A DNA stretch of 64,000 nt from Epiperipatus broadwayi (GCA_028023455.1 JAQFVV010000004.1:19034001-19098000), one strand, 5' to 3'; positions 41,009-55,804 are shown, counted from the first letter of the stretch. Numbers and translations are program-made. Notes: generated from the letters alone by a model not told the origin.

Positions 41009-41608
41009 TTGACATGTTTTTATCTTTATGTCCACATTTTCTGAATTAACAATGTAAAAAAATCCATTCCCCTTTAGAACTTGAACTCACATCATTACAC
41101 TTCTTAAGAAAACTTCTTAACAACTGAGCCAACAGAAGTAATAAATTTGTAGAATATAATTTTGTTAATATTGATTTCATTGTTAAATTAATATATATAT
41201 ATATAACAGAAACATTACAACTTGTAATAGTTGAAAATCAGCTAAGAACATACTGTTGTTGTTTTTTAATGTACTTTATGAAAGCTTTTCTCTATATGGT
41301 CTTGGTATTTTATGATTACATTTTAGTCTGAGTTAAAGTTTATACTTCTATAATTAAAATAAAATTTTGTGAATATTAAATTTAACTGATACTTAATTAA
41401 TTAAATTAATTTAAAAAGCCGATACATAAACATTTTATATAGTAGACAATCATATAATATTTAAATGTAGAATTCATTTGTTAGAATGTTTATTTTTTTA
41501 TTTTCACATCTTATTATCAAATTATAATTTTTATGAGATTTTTTTGCAGTTTTAATCATTTTTTAAAATAATATGTAAATATAACTAAAAAGGAAAAAAT
41601 AATATATA

Positions 41609-42510
41609 CACCTGGGTCTCATTTTATGTGGTAGATAGGTTCCTCAGAAAACACGCACAAAAGAAATCACACAAAAATAGACTTTACTTACCTTGAAAAA
41701 TGGGGGATAGGTTCTGTAATTTTCAGAAATTGCATAAAAGCAAAACAACATGGAAAAATTACTTTAAAATTTGCATTAAAAAAATAAGAAAATAAAGTAT
41801 GTCTAATAAAAAATTTCAAATATTTCGAAAAAATTAATACAAGACAAACTTTTTTTTTGTTTTTTATTAACTACAGTATTTAATTTTATATTTTTTCATA
41901 CATATTTTAATTATTACCACTATTTGACAATATGCATTCGTTTGTGAACTGGTGAGAAATCAGATTTGTGATGTGATGTACAACTAGTGCCAATTTCAGT
42001 TTTGTGCTATGTTAATGGTTTTCTGTTTTTATATTAAAAAAATGAAATTGCAACCAAAACAAAAAGATTATACATTATCATTAGAAAGATTATTTTCTGT
42101 TTAGAAAATCAATAATATCTTAGTTATTATTTATTTTAAAAATCGAAAAAATTATTTATTTCTGTTATATCTAACAAAATACATTTTAAAAGTTTCAATT
42201 TTTGAATATTTATTGCGATATTTTTATAAGTAAGTATAAATCTATTATTATTATTTACTCATTAGTATAAGTAGGCTATTTACATAGAAGCTAAGATTCT
42301 AAATACAGCTTCAGGTCATATTCACATTAGCTGCAAATATAACATTATATTTTTGAAAAAATAAGTATTTCAAGTCAAAATAAATTATTAATAATTTAAA
42401 TTTCTTGATATCAAATAAATGTAGTGAAATATGAAAGATATAAAAAGAAAACTGAATCACATAACTTCAAAATCACATTAAAATAATCTGCATAAAATGA
42501 GACCCAGGTG
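41609..42510. mobile_element. Tc1/mariner-pogo-type MITE with 20-bp perfect TIRs and TA flanks
   Basis: ta|CACCTGGGTCTCATTTTATG ... CATAAAATGAGACCCAGGTG|ta, with no internal ORF. Confidence 0.85.
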
Positions 42511-42608
42511 TATATAGAAGCAGAAACTGGTCTGGGGTTGAGGATATTCTCAAAGCTTGTTAAGAACTTGTTTTGCGAGCTTGTTTTGTGAGCTCTATAT
42601 ATAACAAT

Positions 42609-43010
42609 AAAAAGATTTTTTTAGATAATGTTTTTATATAAATAGATGACTAAAAAGTATAAAATAATAAAGTAATTGACTCTCAATTAATTTGCCATTC
42701 TTGGAAAATATCAGAGATCTTAAGAATTTAGACTTGTTATAAAACAATTAGAAATTGTAGGAATATTGTCATTTCATAAAAGCATTTGAGACTCAGAATA
42801 AATCATAAAAATAAAAAAAGCCTCAAATGTTTTTATGAAATGACAATATTTCTGCAATTTCCAATTGTTTTCTAAACAAGTCTAGATTCTTAAGATCTTT
42901 GATATTTTCCAAGAATGGAAAATTAACCAAGAAGGGGATTACTTTGTTATTTTATACTTTTTAGTCAGCTACTTACATAAAAAGCATTATTTTTTTTAAA
43001 AATCTTTTTT
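42609..43010. repeat. Imperfect palindrome / fold-back (arms about 180 bp, spacer about 30 bp)
   Basis: 42609-42790 is a diverged reverse complement of 42822-43010 (e.g. ccattcttggaaaatatca / tgatattttccaagaatgg). Confidence 0.8.
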
Positions 43011-43259
43011 TATACCTTATTTATAATAATAATTTTTAAAACTATTTTTAGACAGCTTCGTAAAGAAAAAGACACCAATCATCAGATTGACCAACTACTG
43101 GTGAAAATATTTGTTAGCTTACAACTCTTATTTTGTTTTGTGAGTTAAAAATTAGTTGTTACAAATTTTTAGTATTAAATAGCTATGAACTAATTAGTTG
43201 TTTAGAAGGAAAATAACTTTCATATTTCTCTATTGTGATATATATATATATATATATAT

Positions 43260-43305
<46 letters not shown>

Positions 43306-43349
43306 AATAAAATGTCTGTTAATAAAAAACTATTGTAATAACAATAATT

Positions 43350-44200
43350 GCTTAAATCTTTTCACCTGCTATTAAATTCAAAAAACATAATAGAAACAAA
43401 CATCATCAACCCAAATCCCATGAATCCTGAATTTTAATATTAGCAGCTTGTCTATAAATTATATTCATTTTATTTAATAAAATTGCCTCCTTAATTTTTC
43501 TTTTATAATGGTTTCTCTCTTCATGAAAAATCTTAACACTTTCAATATCAAACTTAAATTTATATTTACATATCTTCTCATGATTCAAGAAAATTGAAAC
43601 AGTCATTAAATCACTATTATTTTTACTTTTCATATGCTTGTATAACAATTCATGCTCCTTTAATCTTTTTATAATACTGAACCTCAATTCACCTATATAT
43701 GGCAACATACATCTACAAAAATTTGATACACATCATTACTTTTCTGTTTGACAGGAATACATTAGTGAGTAATTCTAAAAATGTCATACCTGTCAGGCAG
43801 AAAAGTAATGTTGGGTATCAAATTTTTTGTGGATGTATGTTATCATATGTAGGTGAATTGAGGTGCAGTATTGAAAAAGATTAAAGAAGCATCAATTGTT
43901 ATACAAGCATGTGAAAAATAAGAATAATAGTGATTTAATGACTGCTTCAGTTTTATTGGATCATGATAAGACATGTAAATATAAATTTAAGTTTGATATT
44001 GAAAATGTTAAAATTCTTCATGAAGAGAGAAACCATAATAAAATAAAAATTAAGAAGGCAATTTTAATAAATAGTATAATTAATATTCAAATTGTTAATA
44101 TTAAAATTTGGGATACATGGAATTTGATTTGACGTTTGCTTTCATTATGATTTTTGAATTTAATAGCAGATGAGGAGGGTTAAAGAATTAACCAAAAGTA
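43350..44200. pseudogene. Penelope-like GIY-YIG endonuclease 3' end in inverted duplication (minus copy 43350-43711; plus copy about 43700-44200)
   Basis: Plus: KSNVGYQIFCGCMLSYVGELR, then ...FDIENVKILHEERN..K.KIKKAILIN. Minus ORF 43406-43708: YIGELRFSIIKRLKEH...RKIKEAILLN. Confidence 0.88.
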
Positions 44201-44229
44201 CTTCTGCAGATTGAGAGACTGTATGTAAT

Positions 44230-44870
44230 AGTTAATTACCATTATATTTAGATTTAGATATATATACAACATTACAAAACTAGGCAAAACAAAATTTTAT
44301 TAAAATTCTCTCATGATTATAGTTTCACCTATTAACAAACTTCTCAAGTAAAATCCAGCACGATACAAACAATATATATATAGAAATCAAAAATAGCCTT
44401 CCCATAATTCACTTTAGAAAACAACAACCTTTAATATTAAATGATGTCTTCATGAGATTGACGGCCTCAGATTCAAAAAAATATATCAGTGGGTTTTTTT
44501 TTACCCTTTTTTTTAATTCATTTTTTTCATGAAAGATAACCTCTACATGGTCAAATAATATTTTAGGGCTTGTATTCAGTTCATAAATAAACAAAGCTGA
44601 GTTATCATACCTATTTTTAATTCTATTTTTATGATTCATTAAGACTTAATTTACTTTGACCTATATAAATTTTATGACAACTGCAAGACACTTATAAATT
44701 ACAGTAGAAATAGATGACTGCTTTGAACTATTTAATAATGAATTTAAATCAAGGCCTTTCTTCCAGGGAGGCCATTTTCATACCATCTAATAAATGACTA
44801 TTCTTATAAACTAATCTATAAATTTATGACTTGAACGATAAAGAAATAAACTTTTTATTCTCACTAATAA
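44230..44870 (-). pseudogene. PLE GIY-YIG C-terminal remnant
   Basis: ORF 44409-44639 contains SALFIYELNT...FDHVEVIFHEKNELKKR. Homologous copy at about 49430-50000. Confidence 0.55.
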
Positions 44871-45423
44871 TTAAATATAATATTGCTAATAAATTCATGA
44901 TTATAACCTAAATTAATATAATCAAAAGCAAATTGACTCCTCTGAATATAAATAAGCATTATTTTCAAAATTATTAAGGCTTCTATTCCTATAACAAAAA
45001 TTCAAAAAAAATTTTTTTATGAGTAAAAGATTGATAACTGTCTGCACTCACTATATTTCTTAAATTTTTTTGTTTAATAAAATGACTGCAAGATAAAACA
45101 TCAACTTTATCAATACATAAATCTAGAAATTTTATTTTAACAAATTCAAAAGTACCCTATTCAATAGTAAAATTAAATTAGAATCAAAAGCATTCAATTT
45201 ATGAGAAAAAATCATTCAACTTTTTAAATAACAAACAACTAACAACATATTTAATTAATAATTTGAAAAAAGGAAAAATGATTAATTATACTATCTAAAA
45301 TATCAATTGTAGACAGAGCACATTAAAGAGAAATAACATAAACAATAACCTATCCTTTTCTAATCTTATAAAGCACATTATTACTCATAAAATACATAGA
45401 ATCTTCTTCTTTTTTTTTAAAAA

Positions 45424-45783
<360 letters not shown>

Positions 45784-46549
45784 CAAATCATGAATAATCT
45801 TAATCCTTTCTGTAGAAAAATACTTTTCAAAGGACTTTAGTATATATTTAATTTTGATTACATTTGTAGATTTGTCCACATGATATTGAACAAAACATAA
45901 TTAAATGATAACATTAGATTAATATTATATTTACAGCGTAAATTAGAGAATGAGAATAAATTACAGAAAATAAGAATATATATATAGTTTAACATTTTTT
46001 AATATTGACCAATAATCATGTGGCTCACAAATTTAACATTAATTTACAAAGAAAATTGTTTGTTATGATTTCTTCATGTTACTTTTCATGATTTTTTATC
46101 TCTTCAGAGTTTATTGCATCTTTTTATAGGCTTGAATATATGTGTATTAATGCCCATGTATTTGTATATATACATTGTTCATATTTTTCTTTATTCCTTT
46201 GATATATTGTTTTTATTTTGTGAATATAAGTATTTGATTGTCTTCTATGATCATTATTACATATAAATGTATATCTGATACACCATATGGAAAAAAGGAT
46301 AAATGTGCTGCCAGAATATAGAGATAGCAACCCTTGACAAATCATCTTATATGGCTGTTTATATTCTTATATTTGTTGTTAAATGAATTCATCATTCTGA
46401 TTTTTTACCAAGACCTGACATTCAAAAAAAATGTGTTGTTATGTTTCAATCTCTTTAAGCATCAGTATTTATATATCCTTTTTTGAACCTGTAGAAGTGT
46501 AGTGTGGACATAGATTCTAAATTTAGTTTTATTAAGAAGTCAAAATATT

Positions 46550-48000
46550 TTGTTTCTAATGACCAGAATTTAAATCTGGGACATAGTTGTTTATTAGTGA
46601 TTTTAATATGGGGTTTGCTTCATATTGTGGAGGTGGGTTGAGCAATGAGTTCACTTCCCAATATTTAAATTTATTTTTGGAAAGGAAAGAGTAAAGGTTA
46701 CGAATGAATAATAAAGGTTTTAAAAATTGTTCCAATATTTTGGATTTAGGGATGGACTGATTCTGGAAAGTTTTAGTGCACAATGAAATTATGTTAAATG
46801 GTTTTGGTATTCTGAATGCATAAATATTGTGTAGTCCTATTCCATTATAAACAAGTGAATTTTATAAACATTTAATTGAAGTGGCTGTTGTATGTTACCC
46901 CAAAGAAGTTTTCTGCATAGTGAGTAAATGTGGTTAGTAAAGGCTTTGGTGAAGAATATTATGGGAGTATAATATACAATTTTTGTCATTGCTAATATAT
47001 TAAAGAATAATATTTTTTGCATAAAGTGAAAGATATGATTTCTCAAGTGATTTAAGAATGTTTCCTATTTTCTTTTTAAGTCTTTCTTGTATTATAATTC
47101 ACATTGCAGTGTTGCTTGGATGAAAGGAAAAACCCAGGCAAGTATTAGGCATTCCTTTAAAGTGTTCTTTAAGACAAGTTCCAGTGTACACCTGTCACAT
47201 ACATGATTTTTCCATATTAATGACAAGTTTATATTCATTGATATATCTTGAGACTATCTGAAAAAGTCGTGGTATTTGTTTCTTGGATTCTAAAAATACT
47301 GAGGTATCATCCATAAAGGCTATACATGAAATATCAATATCAAGACTTGGCACATATATTCATGATAGTTTTTTTTATACTTTTAATTAATGGATTAATA
47401 TATGTGGTGAATAAGAGTGCACTTAGAGGGGATACTTGATGAATTAAGATATGGGATATAATTGGAGGTCAGGTTTTTCCATTTAGGATTCCATATATTT
47501 CCATATTTAATAAAAGATTTGTGAGGATATATATCAATGACTTGGAAATGGTTGCATTGGCAAGTAGACTGATTAATATGTCTATTGGGATTTTGTCAAA
47601 TGCAGGTTTAATATCTAATTGAATTATAATCTAATTATATTTTTTATCTTATCTGATATAATCTATTGTTGTTTTGAATATAACTTGTTTGATTAGTTTT
47701 TTTTTTTTTTCATATGTCAATTGTTTGATTAGTTGAGGAGCTTTTTTTTTTGCAAATTACATGTTTGAAATTTGTGGCAAAAGATATGGCTCTATTTCAT
47801 CTTTTGATGACTGATTCTAGCAACTTTATTCCTAGTGGACACATGGATATTGGTCTAATATTTGTTAGTTCAGTCAGTATTTCTTGTTTTTTTCTAAAAT
47901 TGGAACTAGGGATATTGGGTAGAGGCCTTGTATTTTATATACTTTTTTTGTTTGCTACAGTTGAAAGATATTTGGAGAGAAAGTGATTTAGGATAACACG
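46550..48000 (-). pseudogene. Non-LTR retrotransposon RT remnant
   Basis: In order on minus: RPISMCPLGIKLLES (near 47856), LDIKPAFD (47618-47595), HQVSPLSALLF, AFMDDT (47320-47303). Resembles the 16.6-19.9 kb element. Confidence 0.8.
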
Positions 48001-48535
48001 AATCTGATATTTTATTTAGTTTTTATGTGAATTCTTTTGATTTTAATTTATCAACTGATAGATACATATTTTCATTTTATTTTATCAAATGTCTCAAAAA
48101 AGAAGATACCTAAAATTTGCCTAAATTTATATAATTCTTAAAAATCTTATAAGAAATTTTGAAAATTTATCAACAATCCTCCCTGTAAAGTCAAAAATAC
48201 ACCTTAAAGGAAATTTAGTGAAAATTTTAAGAGCCCAATAATACTAGGATAACAACTTAAACAAATAGTTCTATCATATATATATATTTTCATAATTTCA
48301 CAAGTTAACTTAGATTTTATTTACTTACCAGTATCATAATTTAAAATACAATATTCTCATTATTTAACTCCAAAGAAACTTTATTTTTAAAATCACTGTT
48401 ATTCGACAATGCAAAATAATCATCTTTGGTTTCTTTGAATAGAGTAACATCATTGACCTTCAATCTTTTTTTAAGATCTATTTGCTTCAGGGCTAAAACA
48501 ATTTTTCCCTCTGAGATAATTGCCTATTTAACATC

Positions 48536-48642
48536 ATCTTTTTTTTTATAAGTATCATAGCATCGGCCGGGACGCGAACCCGCAACCCGGGCAACTGCCT
48601 GCAAGTGCAAGGCAGTCGCGCTGACCTCTCGACCACCAATGC
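48536..48642 (-). mobile_element. tRNA-derived SINE copy
   Basis: Minus strand GCATTGGTGGTCGAGAGGTCAGCGCGACTGCC-TTGCACTTGCA-GGCAGTTGCCCGGGTTGCGGGTTCGCGTCCCGGCCGATGC, then tatgatac and an A tail. Confidence 0.85.
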
Positions 48643-49429
48643 AAGACAATTTAACATCATCTTTATCTGAAATATTTCTATACATTTCTATTGCAAAAGG
48701 AAACAAAGAAAGGGCTTTTAGTTAAAATTGTTTATTTTGATCTTTATTTAAAATTGTTAAATCAGAATTATTTAAAATACACTTTCCTGCTGATGCTTTG
48801 ACATATGAAAAAAAATTAGACAAATTTAAAACAGATGAAATATCAGGCCTTTTTAAAAAATACTCTGTACTTAAATTTCTTTTATTAACATTCCCCCCCC
48901 CCAAAAAAAAAAAAAACTTTCTAATAATTAATTAAACTTGTTAATATATTTTTTTATAAACAAACTGACATACCTTGATCTAAACTATTCAATCAATTAA
49001 ATATTAGGTAAATTAAACATATTTTCACTAATAAATTTATTTAAAATCAATAACTTAAAATTAACACAAAATCATATGCAAAAAAGAACATTTTTTATTT
49101 AACCTAACATTGCAGAATTTGAGGAAAATATAAAGCTTACAATTCTTAAGAAAATTGACTTGTTGCCTTTAAAGATTCTCTTTTATTAAACAAATTAAGT
49201 AATTTCTTTATATCCTCAATTTCTACAAAAGAAAAATTATTAAACATTATCTACCACATACTAAAATAAAACAAATAATACAACTAAAATAATAAAATAT
49301 TTAAACAAAACAATTAATAACATATATATAAAATACTATACAACATAAATAATTGGAAATCACCAAAACCATATAAATCCTACTTAAAAATATAAATAGC
49401 CAAGAATCCAAAATAGAAAATCATATAAC

Positions 49430-50000
49430 ATTACAAAACCAACCAAAAAACAAAATTTTACTAAAATTCTCTTGTGACCATAAATCTATCTATTAAAAAA
49501 TAGATTTCTCACGTGAAATTCAGCAAGATACAAACAACATATAGATAAAAAACAAAATAGCCTTTCTATAATTCACTTTACAATCCAATCAACTTTAACA
49601 TCAAAAGATGTCTTCGTGAGATTGATGGCCTTGACATTAGTGTTTCTTTGACTTTTTTTTTAAAATTCATTTTTTTCATAAAATATAATCCCTGTATTTT
49701 CAAATAGTATTTTATGATCTGTATTCAGGTCATGAATATACAAATCTGAGTTTATGACAGGTCATGAATATACAAATCTGAGTTTATGACACCTATTTTT
49801 AACTATTCCTATGAACTAAAGATTTAATTTATTTTGATCTATATAAATTTTGTGTAAGGAATCTTATAAACTATAATAGGAATAGATTTATTATCAATTG
49901 ACTGTTTGGAAGTATTAATAATAAATTTAAATCAGGGCCTTTCTTCCATGCCACTTTCATAACACTCAATAAATTACTATTCTTATAAATCAATCTATAA
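49430..50000 (-). pseudogene. Second copy of the 44.2-44.9 kb PLE remnant, with a 32-bp tandem duplication (49726-49790)
   Basis: Shared blocks such as aaaattttac/ttaaaattctc, gatgtcttc.tgagattga.ggcct and aaatttaaatca.ggcctttcttcca. Confidence 0.6.
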
Positions 50001-50371
50001 ATTAAGTCTTAATGAAAGAGTTAAAAGTTCATAAAAATAGTTAAAAATAGGTAATATTTGACAATATAGAGGTTAACTTTTATGAAAAAATTTAATTAAA
50101 AAGTGTCAAAAACATTGATTTTAAATCCATGAAGATATCCTTTGATGTTAAAGACGGTTGGTTTTTGAAGTGAATTATGGAAAGGTTTCTTTGTTTTCTA
50201 TGTATATATCGTTTGTATCTTTCTGAATTTTATGTAAGAAGGTCTATTTGTTAATAGGTGAAACCACGGATATTGATAAATTATTATTATTTTTTTTATA
50301 ATTTTGTAATACAATTTTCTTCTTCTTCCTCCTTTCTTTATGTATTATATGATTATATATTTGGATATTGT

Positions 50372-50409
50372 AACTCTGATGACTGCAAAACAGTCGAAAC
50401 TGTAAGATT
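50372..50409 (+). ncRNA. PLE-type minimal hammerhead motif (family E)
   Basis: aact-ctgatga-ctg-caaaa-cagtc-gaaac-t-gta-agatt. Probably a 3-nt deletion from CTGATGATGACTG. Confidence 0.6.
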
Positions 50410-51345
50410 AAAGTTTTGGTGTAAAAATAGAATTATTAAGTGTATAAGAAAGTTGGAAATTATGTCATGTAGTTTTGTAATGTTATATGATTTTCTATTT
50501 TATTTATCATTGTTCATATACTGTTAGACAGTATTTAATTATATATACAACCAATAATACCTTAGATTAAATTAATGTAATTATATTAATTAACAGATTT
50601 TTTGGTTGGCTAGTGTTACTTATTGCATTAATATCATTAATACACCAATTTTATTTACCTAAAGGAACTTTGGCCCAAAACTATGGCAATGTAAATAGTG
50701 ATATTGCCTTGTGAACTCAAATGGACCAATGTTGTTAAATTTTTATACAACACATGGACTAATTGTAAACATTTGTTTGGGCAGAAAAATCTATATAAAA
50801 GTATTTAAATGTATTCACACTCCGAACAATGATATCTTAAAGATTATATCAGAGTTAAAAATCAGGGTGTAAAAGAAGTTTTGCATTTAATAAGCATAAA
50901 TTGTTGAATAGATTATAGACTAAAATTCTCCAAGATTAAAATAATAGTGGCATTAAGAATTAAAACCTATTTTAAACATATTGACAGGAACTAATCCAAC
51001 AATGAACTTCGATAGTAAACATTGGCTTGAGAGAAAAATCATACTAAGTATTTTTAAAACACAATAAAAATAGTAAAAGTTTGAAGTCTTTTTAATAATC
51101 ACATCATTTGAAATGATTTTTTTTATCGCCTTAAAATTTTATATTAGAACTCTCAAGACAGTTTCTTCAAAATAAATTATCTATAAAGTAAAAAAAATTT
51201 GCAATTTTATGTCCATCAGATCAATCTGATAATAAAAAAATACATATTTTTTTTCTTTTGAAGGTACCACAAAACAAAACAAAAACCCAGTTATAACTAT
51301 AAATAAATACATTGTACAGGCTTAACACCTGCATTTCTATATATG

Positions 51346-51501
51346 TACAGTATTCGAACTCAGACTTTCACACGACTCACAACTCTCAGTGCCATCTTAT
51401 ATTGCTGACCCACCTAATGAGTACTGGCTTAACACGAAATACGTATATTGGTGATTATTTATCAGAGTTGTGGGTCGTGTGAAAATCTGAGTTCGAATCC
51501 C
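51346..51501. mobile_element. Family C hammerhead element fragment with short inverted arm; HHR 51408-51452 (plus, G5 mutated)
   Basis: acccac-ctaatga-gtact-ggctt-aacac-gaaat-acgt-ata-ttggt. Arms ttcgaactcagactttcacacgac / gtcgtgtgaaaatctgagttcgaa. Confidence 0.7.
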
Positions 51502-53339
51502 AACTATAAATAAAGAAAATTAATAAAAATTTTGCCATAAAAAATATAAAAAAATTTAAGAGTAAGTAATAATTATATGTTGTAGTATATTTATCGTCTA
51601 ATATTAATTGGTAATGTCTTTAGAAATATTTTAATTTTACTTAAACTTTTCTAACACAGCGCTTTGAGTAGTATTATTCTTTCTTCTTCAAATGTTGCTA
51701 ACCTATATTCATGAATCCAATTCCTGTGCAAGTGCAGTCACTGGTCAGGCCAGGAAAGGGAATAATACTACTCGGATCATTTGAAAAGTTAAATAAAGTT
51801 TGAATTTTTCTAAAGACAAATTTAACAATTTGTAATAGATGATGGATAATTACTAATAAAATATCATAAACTTTTAAACAATGTTTTAAAAGTGATTTTT
51901 TTTTTTTTCAAAAGGTTAAAAAAGAAAGATTATACAGTTTGAAAATAAGATTTATTAGAATAACTATTTTATTACTCGGAAGTTCATAAGAAGTTCGGAC
52001 ACAGAAAGTGACAAAAATTGGCCGCGGTTCGTGGACCTTAAGCACCAGAATGCGCCATTCTTTCTCAATACTAAAGACATTGTTAATATTAAAGTTTGGT
52101 ACAAGTTTTTTTACAGTAATATTATATAAAACTGATAATACACAATCCTCTCATTCTGTGTTTACTTTTTTTTACTTATTGAATCATTATAAAGTAATTG
52201 GCAGATCATAGTCATGTGATGTTGACGCTACTGGAAGTAAAAGTTAATTAGTAAATTAATCAGGAAGTATTAATATTCGCTGCTAAGATTTGAGAATCTC
52301 AGATAAAATTAACTATCTTTAAAAAAGAAAAACGTGCTTTAACTTTTTAATTATATTAGATTTTTTAACTCCTCGAATAAATTGAAATGATTTTTGAAAA
52401 ATCAAAAAATTATAATCTAACTAAACGTCAACGTTAACTATAAATAAAAATACTAATAAAATAAATTATGTGGAGAGCGTTGAATGATATTCTTACTGCT
52501 TTTAATGTTTTATTTAATACACGTGCTTGCTATGCCCACGTTCTGGAATTCTCATCTAGATTAAGTGAAACTTGGAAAGATTTTAATATTATAAGCAGAT
52601 TTAAGATTTTTTTTTTTCAAGTAGTTTACTTATATCCCACATAGCAAGTCATACAGTATTGGAAAGTAAATAGTATCTAGCTATTACAACTAGAGATTAT
52701 ACACCCCAGTTTGCCATGTATTTGGTTAAGATTATTGTATATGATGCATTAGTGAGCCAATATCAGACTTATGAGCACTGAGGTCATTGAGTACCTTAAC
52801 ACAGAAAAGTGCACATACTTAAATATCTGTACACATACATGTATATTATTCAAGACTAGCAAAGATAATATAAATGACGTTTTGATGCATAGTGATATTT
52901 CTGACAGAATATACTATGTTCTAAATAATTTTAAAGAGAATGTCTTCAATGGTAAAAATCTAATTACAGGGCATATTTGACATTCTTCAACATACTATAA
53001 TTAATATTCAAAACTAATAATAAGTTATTGAAATATCATTTATTATAAAACTTAATTTTATTAATATTATTCAAAGTTCATGTGAGAAGTTTCAAACTAA
53101 TATAGAAGTGATACAAACATTTTTAAAAAGGAGAAAATTACGTTTTCAGACATACAATCATCTAGTAGTGACTGATTGATCAAGCATATAATAGATAGTA
53201 TCAGACTAGAGAGCTACTATTGTTTTATCATAGGTCATATAAGCTGTTGGTGGTGGATATCAACTATTTGCTGAAGCAGGTCATTTGCTAAATTAAGTTC
53301 TAATTAATAATTTGTAAAGCGCATACTCATTACATAAGT

Positions 53340-53548
53340 AATATATATTAAGGCTATAACCTTAAGACTATGCAAATAAAATGTGACAATAGGGACCTCT
53401 ACAAATCTAAACACAAGATTAATGACTTTAAAAGACATGAGCGACTCTTGTCTTTTAAAGTTGTTACTCTTGTGTTTAGATTTGTAGAGGTTCCTACTGT
53501 CATATTTTAGGCGCATAGTCTTAAGGTTATAGCCTTAATATATATATT
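53340..53548. repeat. About 205-bp palindrome (MITE-like fold-back)
   Basis: aatatatattaaggctataaccttaagactatg ... catagtcttaaggttatagccttaatatata, with an 11-nt loop near 53440. Confidence 0.85.
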
Positions 53549-54492
53549 AAATTAAGTTCTGTAGATATTCTTTTTATTATTTGGCAATAAAATTGATTAT
53601 ATATCTTTATCTCCATCTATCCATTTGTCTATCTCTGTCTATCTACCCATTCATTCATTCATCCATCTATGCATTGTATGCTTATCTATTGACTTATCCA
53701 GCTATCTATTTATCAATGTTTTTTTTTTAGATAGAATAAACTAATATATAAATAGTTTTCTGGTACATATATGCAGAAAACTTAATACAAAATTAAGAAT
53801 TTGACATACTAAATTAATAAATTCATGAAGTTAAAGTAATTGATTGAGCAAAATGCTTTATAAGAAATCTGTATTAAGACATTTACAAACCATAATTCAT
53901 AAGTGTGAAAGATTGTCTTTGAGAATGAAAATCTAAATTGTTTACAATGATTTCCTTATGGTAAAAGTTGAATTAAAAAAAAAATATAGAAAGAATATGA
54001 ATACTTTATAATTGTGATGCTGATGAAACATAATAAACCATAATGATTATACCCCTCCCCTTTTAAATCATATTCTTCAGATCAATCCAGACTACAACCT
54101 TCAAATCCCTGTATTTTTTGTTCTGTATTTATAACTTTCATAACTACCTTTCCATCCTTGTGACAACTTTCATTTGCTATTTTCTTTTCATTTTTAAAAA
54201 CTCCCTTTAACAAATTTCTCATTGTTTTATGCCTCTAAGAATGTGCCCAATTTCTCTTCTTAATTGCCATAATTATTTATTCATCCATTTTAATACTTAC
54301 TATTGATAAACTTACTGATTCAGCTTAACTGTTCTCATTTTCTTCCTAACTCTCAATTCAAAATTATTTTATTGCTTTTTTGCACTCTCTAAAATACATA
54401 AAATGTCTGCTCTACTTCAAACAAAACATTTTTCTTAATTAAAAATAGATTGACTTTTTTATGATTAAAAATTTGTTTAGCATGCAATGATT

Positions 54493-54644
<152 letters not shown>

Positions 54645-55804
54645 AAATTTTCATCTTTCTTCATTTAGTTTACTAACTTTGAAGTAGCATAATATTTTGC
54701 AAGAATATTCACATAAATTTCATATTATATATCTAAATACACTGCAATATTAATAGCAAACTTCAAAAAAAGATAATTTTTTTTGACCTATTAATTGCTC
54801 TAATCAATATTGAAGTGACTATTGAATTAAACTTCTAATTTTAATTAATGGCATCTTTTTGAAGCAGTCATCTTTATAATTCTTTGTCTAAATATATCTT
54901 ACAATAATCAAAGGTATCTTTTATGTTTATATTATCTGTCATATTTTACAACTAATGGCTTATTTTTGTTTAAATATCCATTTACTTTTCAAAATATTTC
55001 CCTTCTGGTTGTTATTGCCTCTTCATAAGTTATTATTATATTCTGACAAGTTTTAACTACCTTTAATTTTTGTTTCTAATTTTTCATTTTTACAATTATT
55101 TTTGTAGGATAAGTTTCACTTTTTAGTTTTTTCAGATGTCGTTTCTGATTGTTTTATAATCTTTAGTTCTTCTTATTTTATCTGACTTTATATCTCTGTA
55201 AATAATAATTACAACAAAATCTTACAAAAAAATTTTTTTTAAAATTATTTTCATGTATTTTTTTTAATTGGTTTAACTATATAAGTTTTATATCCAAAAA
55301 TTTTTATGTCTTAATTATGGGGCAACTTGATAAAGCTTAGCCTACAATTTGATTCATTTAAAAGTTTATGGCAAGATTTCCTCATATTATATAATTTTTT
55401 CTGTCAGCTTTACATGGTATAAAAAGGAATAATGCTAAAAACATTTCCTTGATATTTTCATTATGTTTTAAATTCAATTTTCTGTGTATTACGACATTAT
55501 CAAATCTCAGTTTATACATCTACAAAATTTATAATCCAGATGTGCTTAAATATTTTATAGACTAATCATCATTTGCAATAGCAACTTTTGAAAATTGTTT
55601 GAACAAAACTGTATACATGCCATCTTTTGTAAATTTTCCTTTATATATAACAATAATTTTATATATTTTTAAATTTAATAATAAAAACATTTGCAGTTAT
55701 TGTTTTAAGAAAGAAGTATTTTTAATAAGTTCTGATACATAAATAAATAAATGTTACATTGACAAATTTTATATTGTTTTTAATTTTTGCAATCAAACTT
55801 CAAT

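Noticed and set aside
46075-46110. Minus-strand CUGAAGA-GAU..AUC-AU-GAAA
   Set aside because: No valid stem III, cleavage site or stem I, and no second copy.
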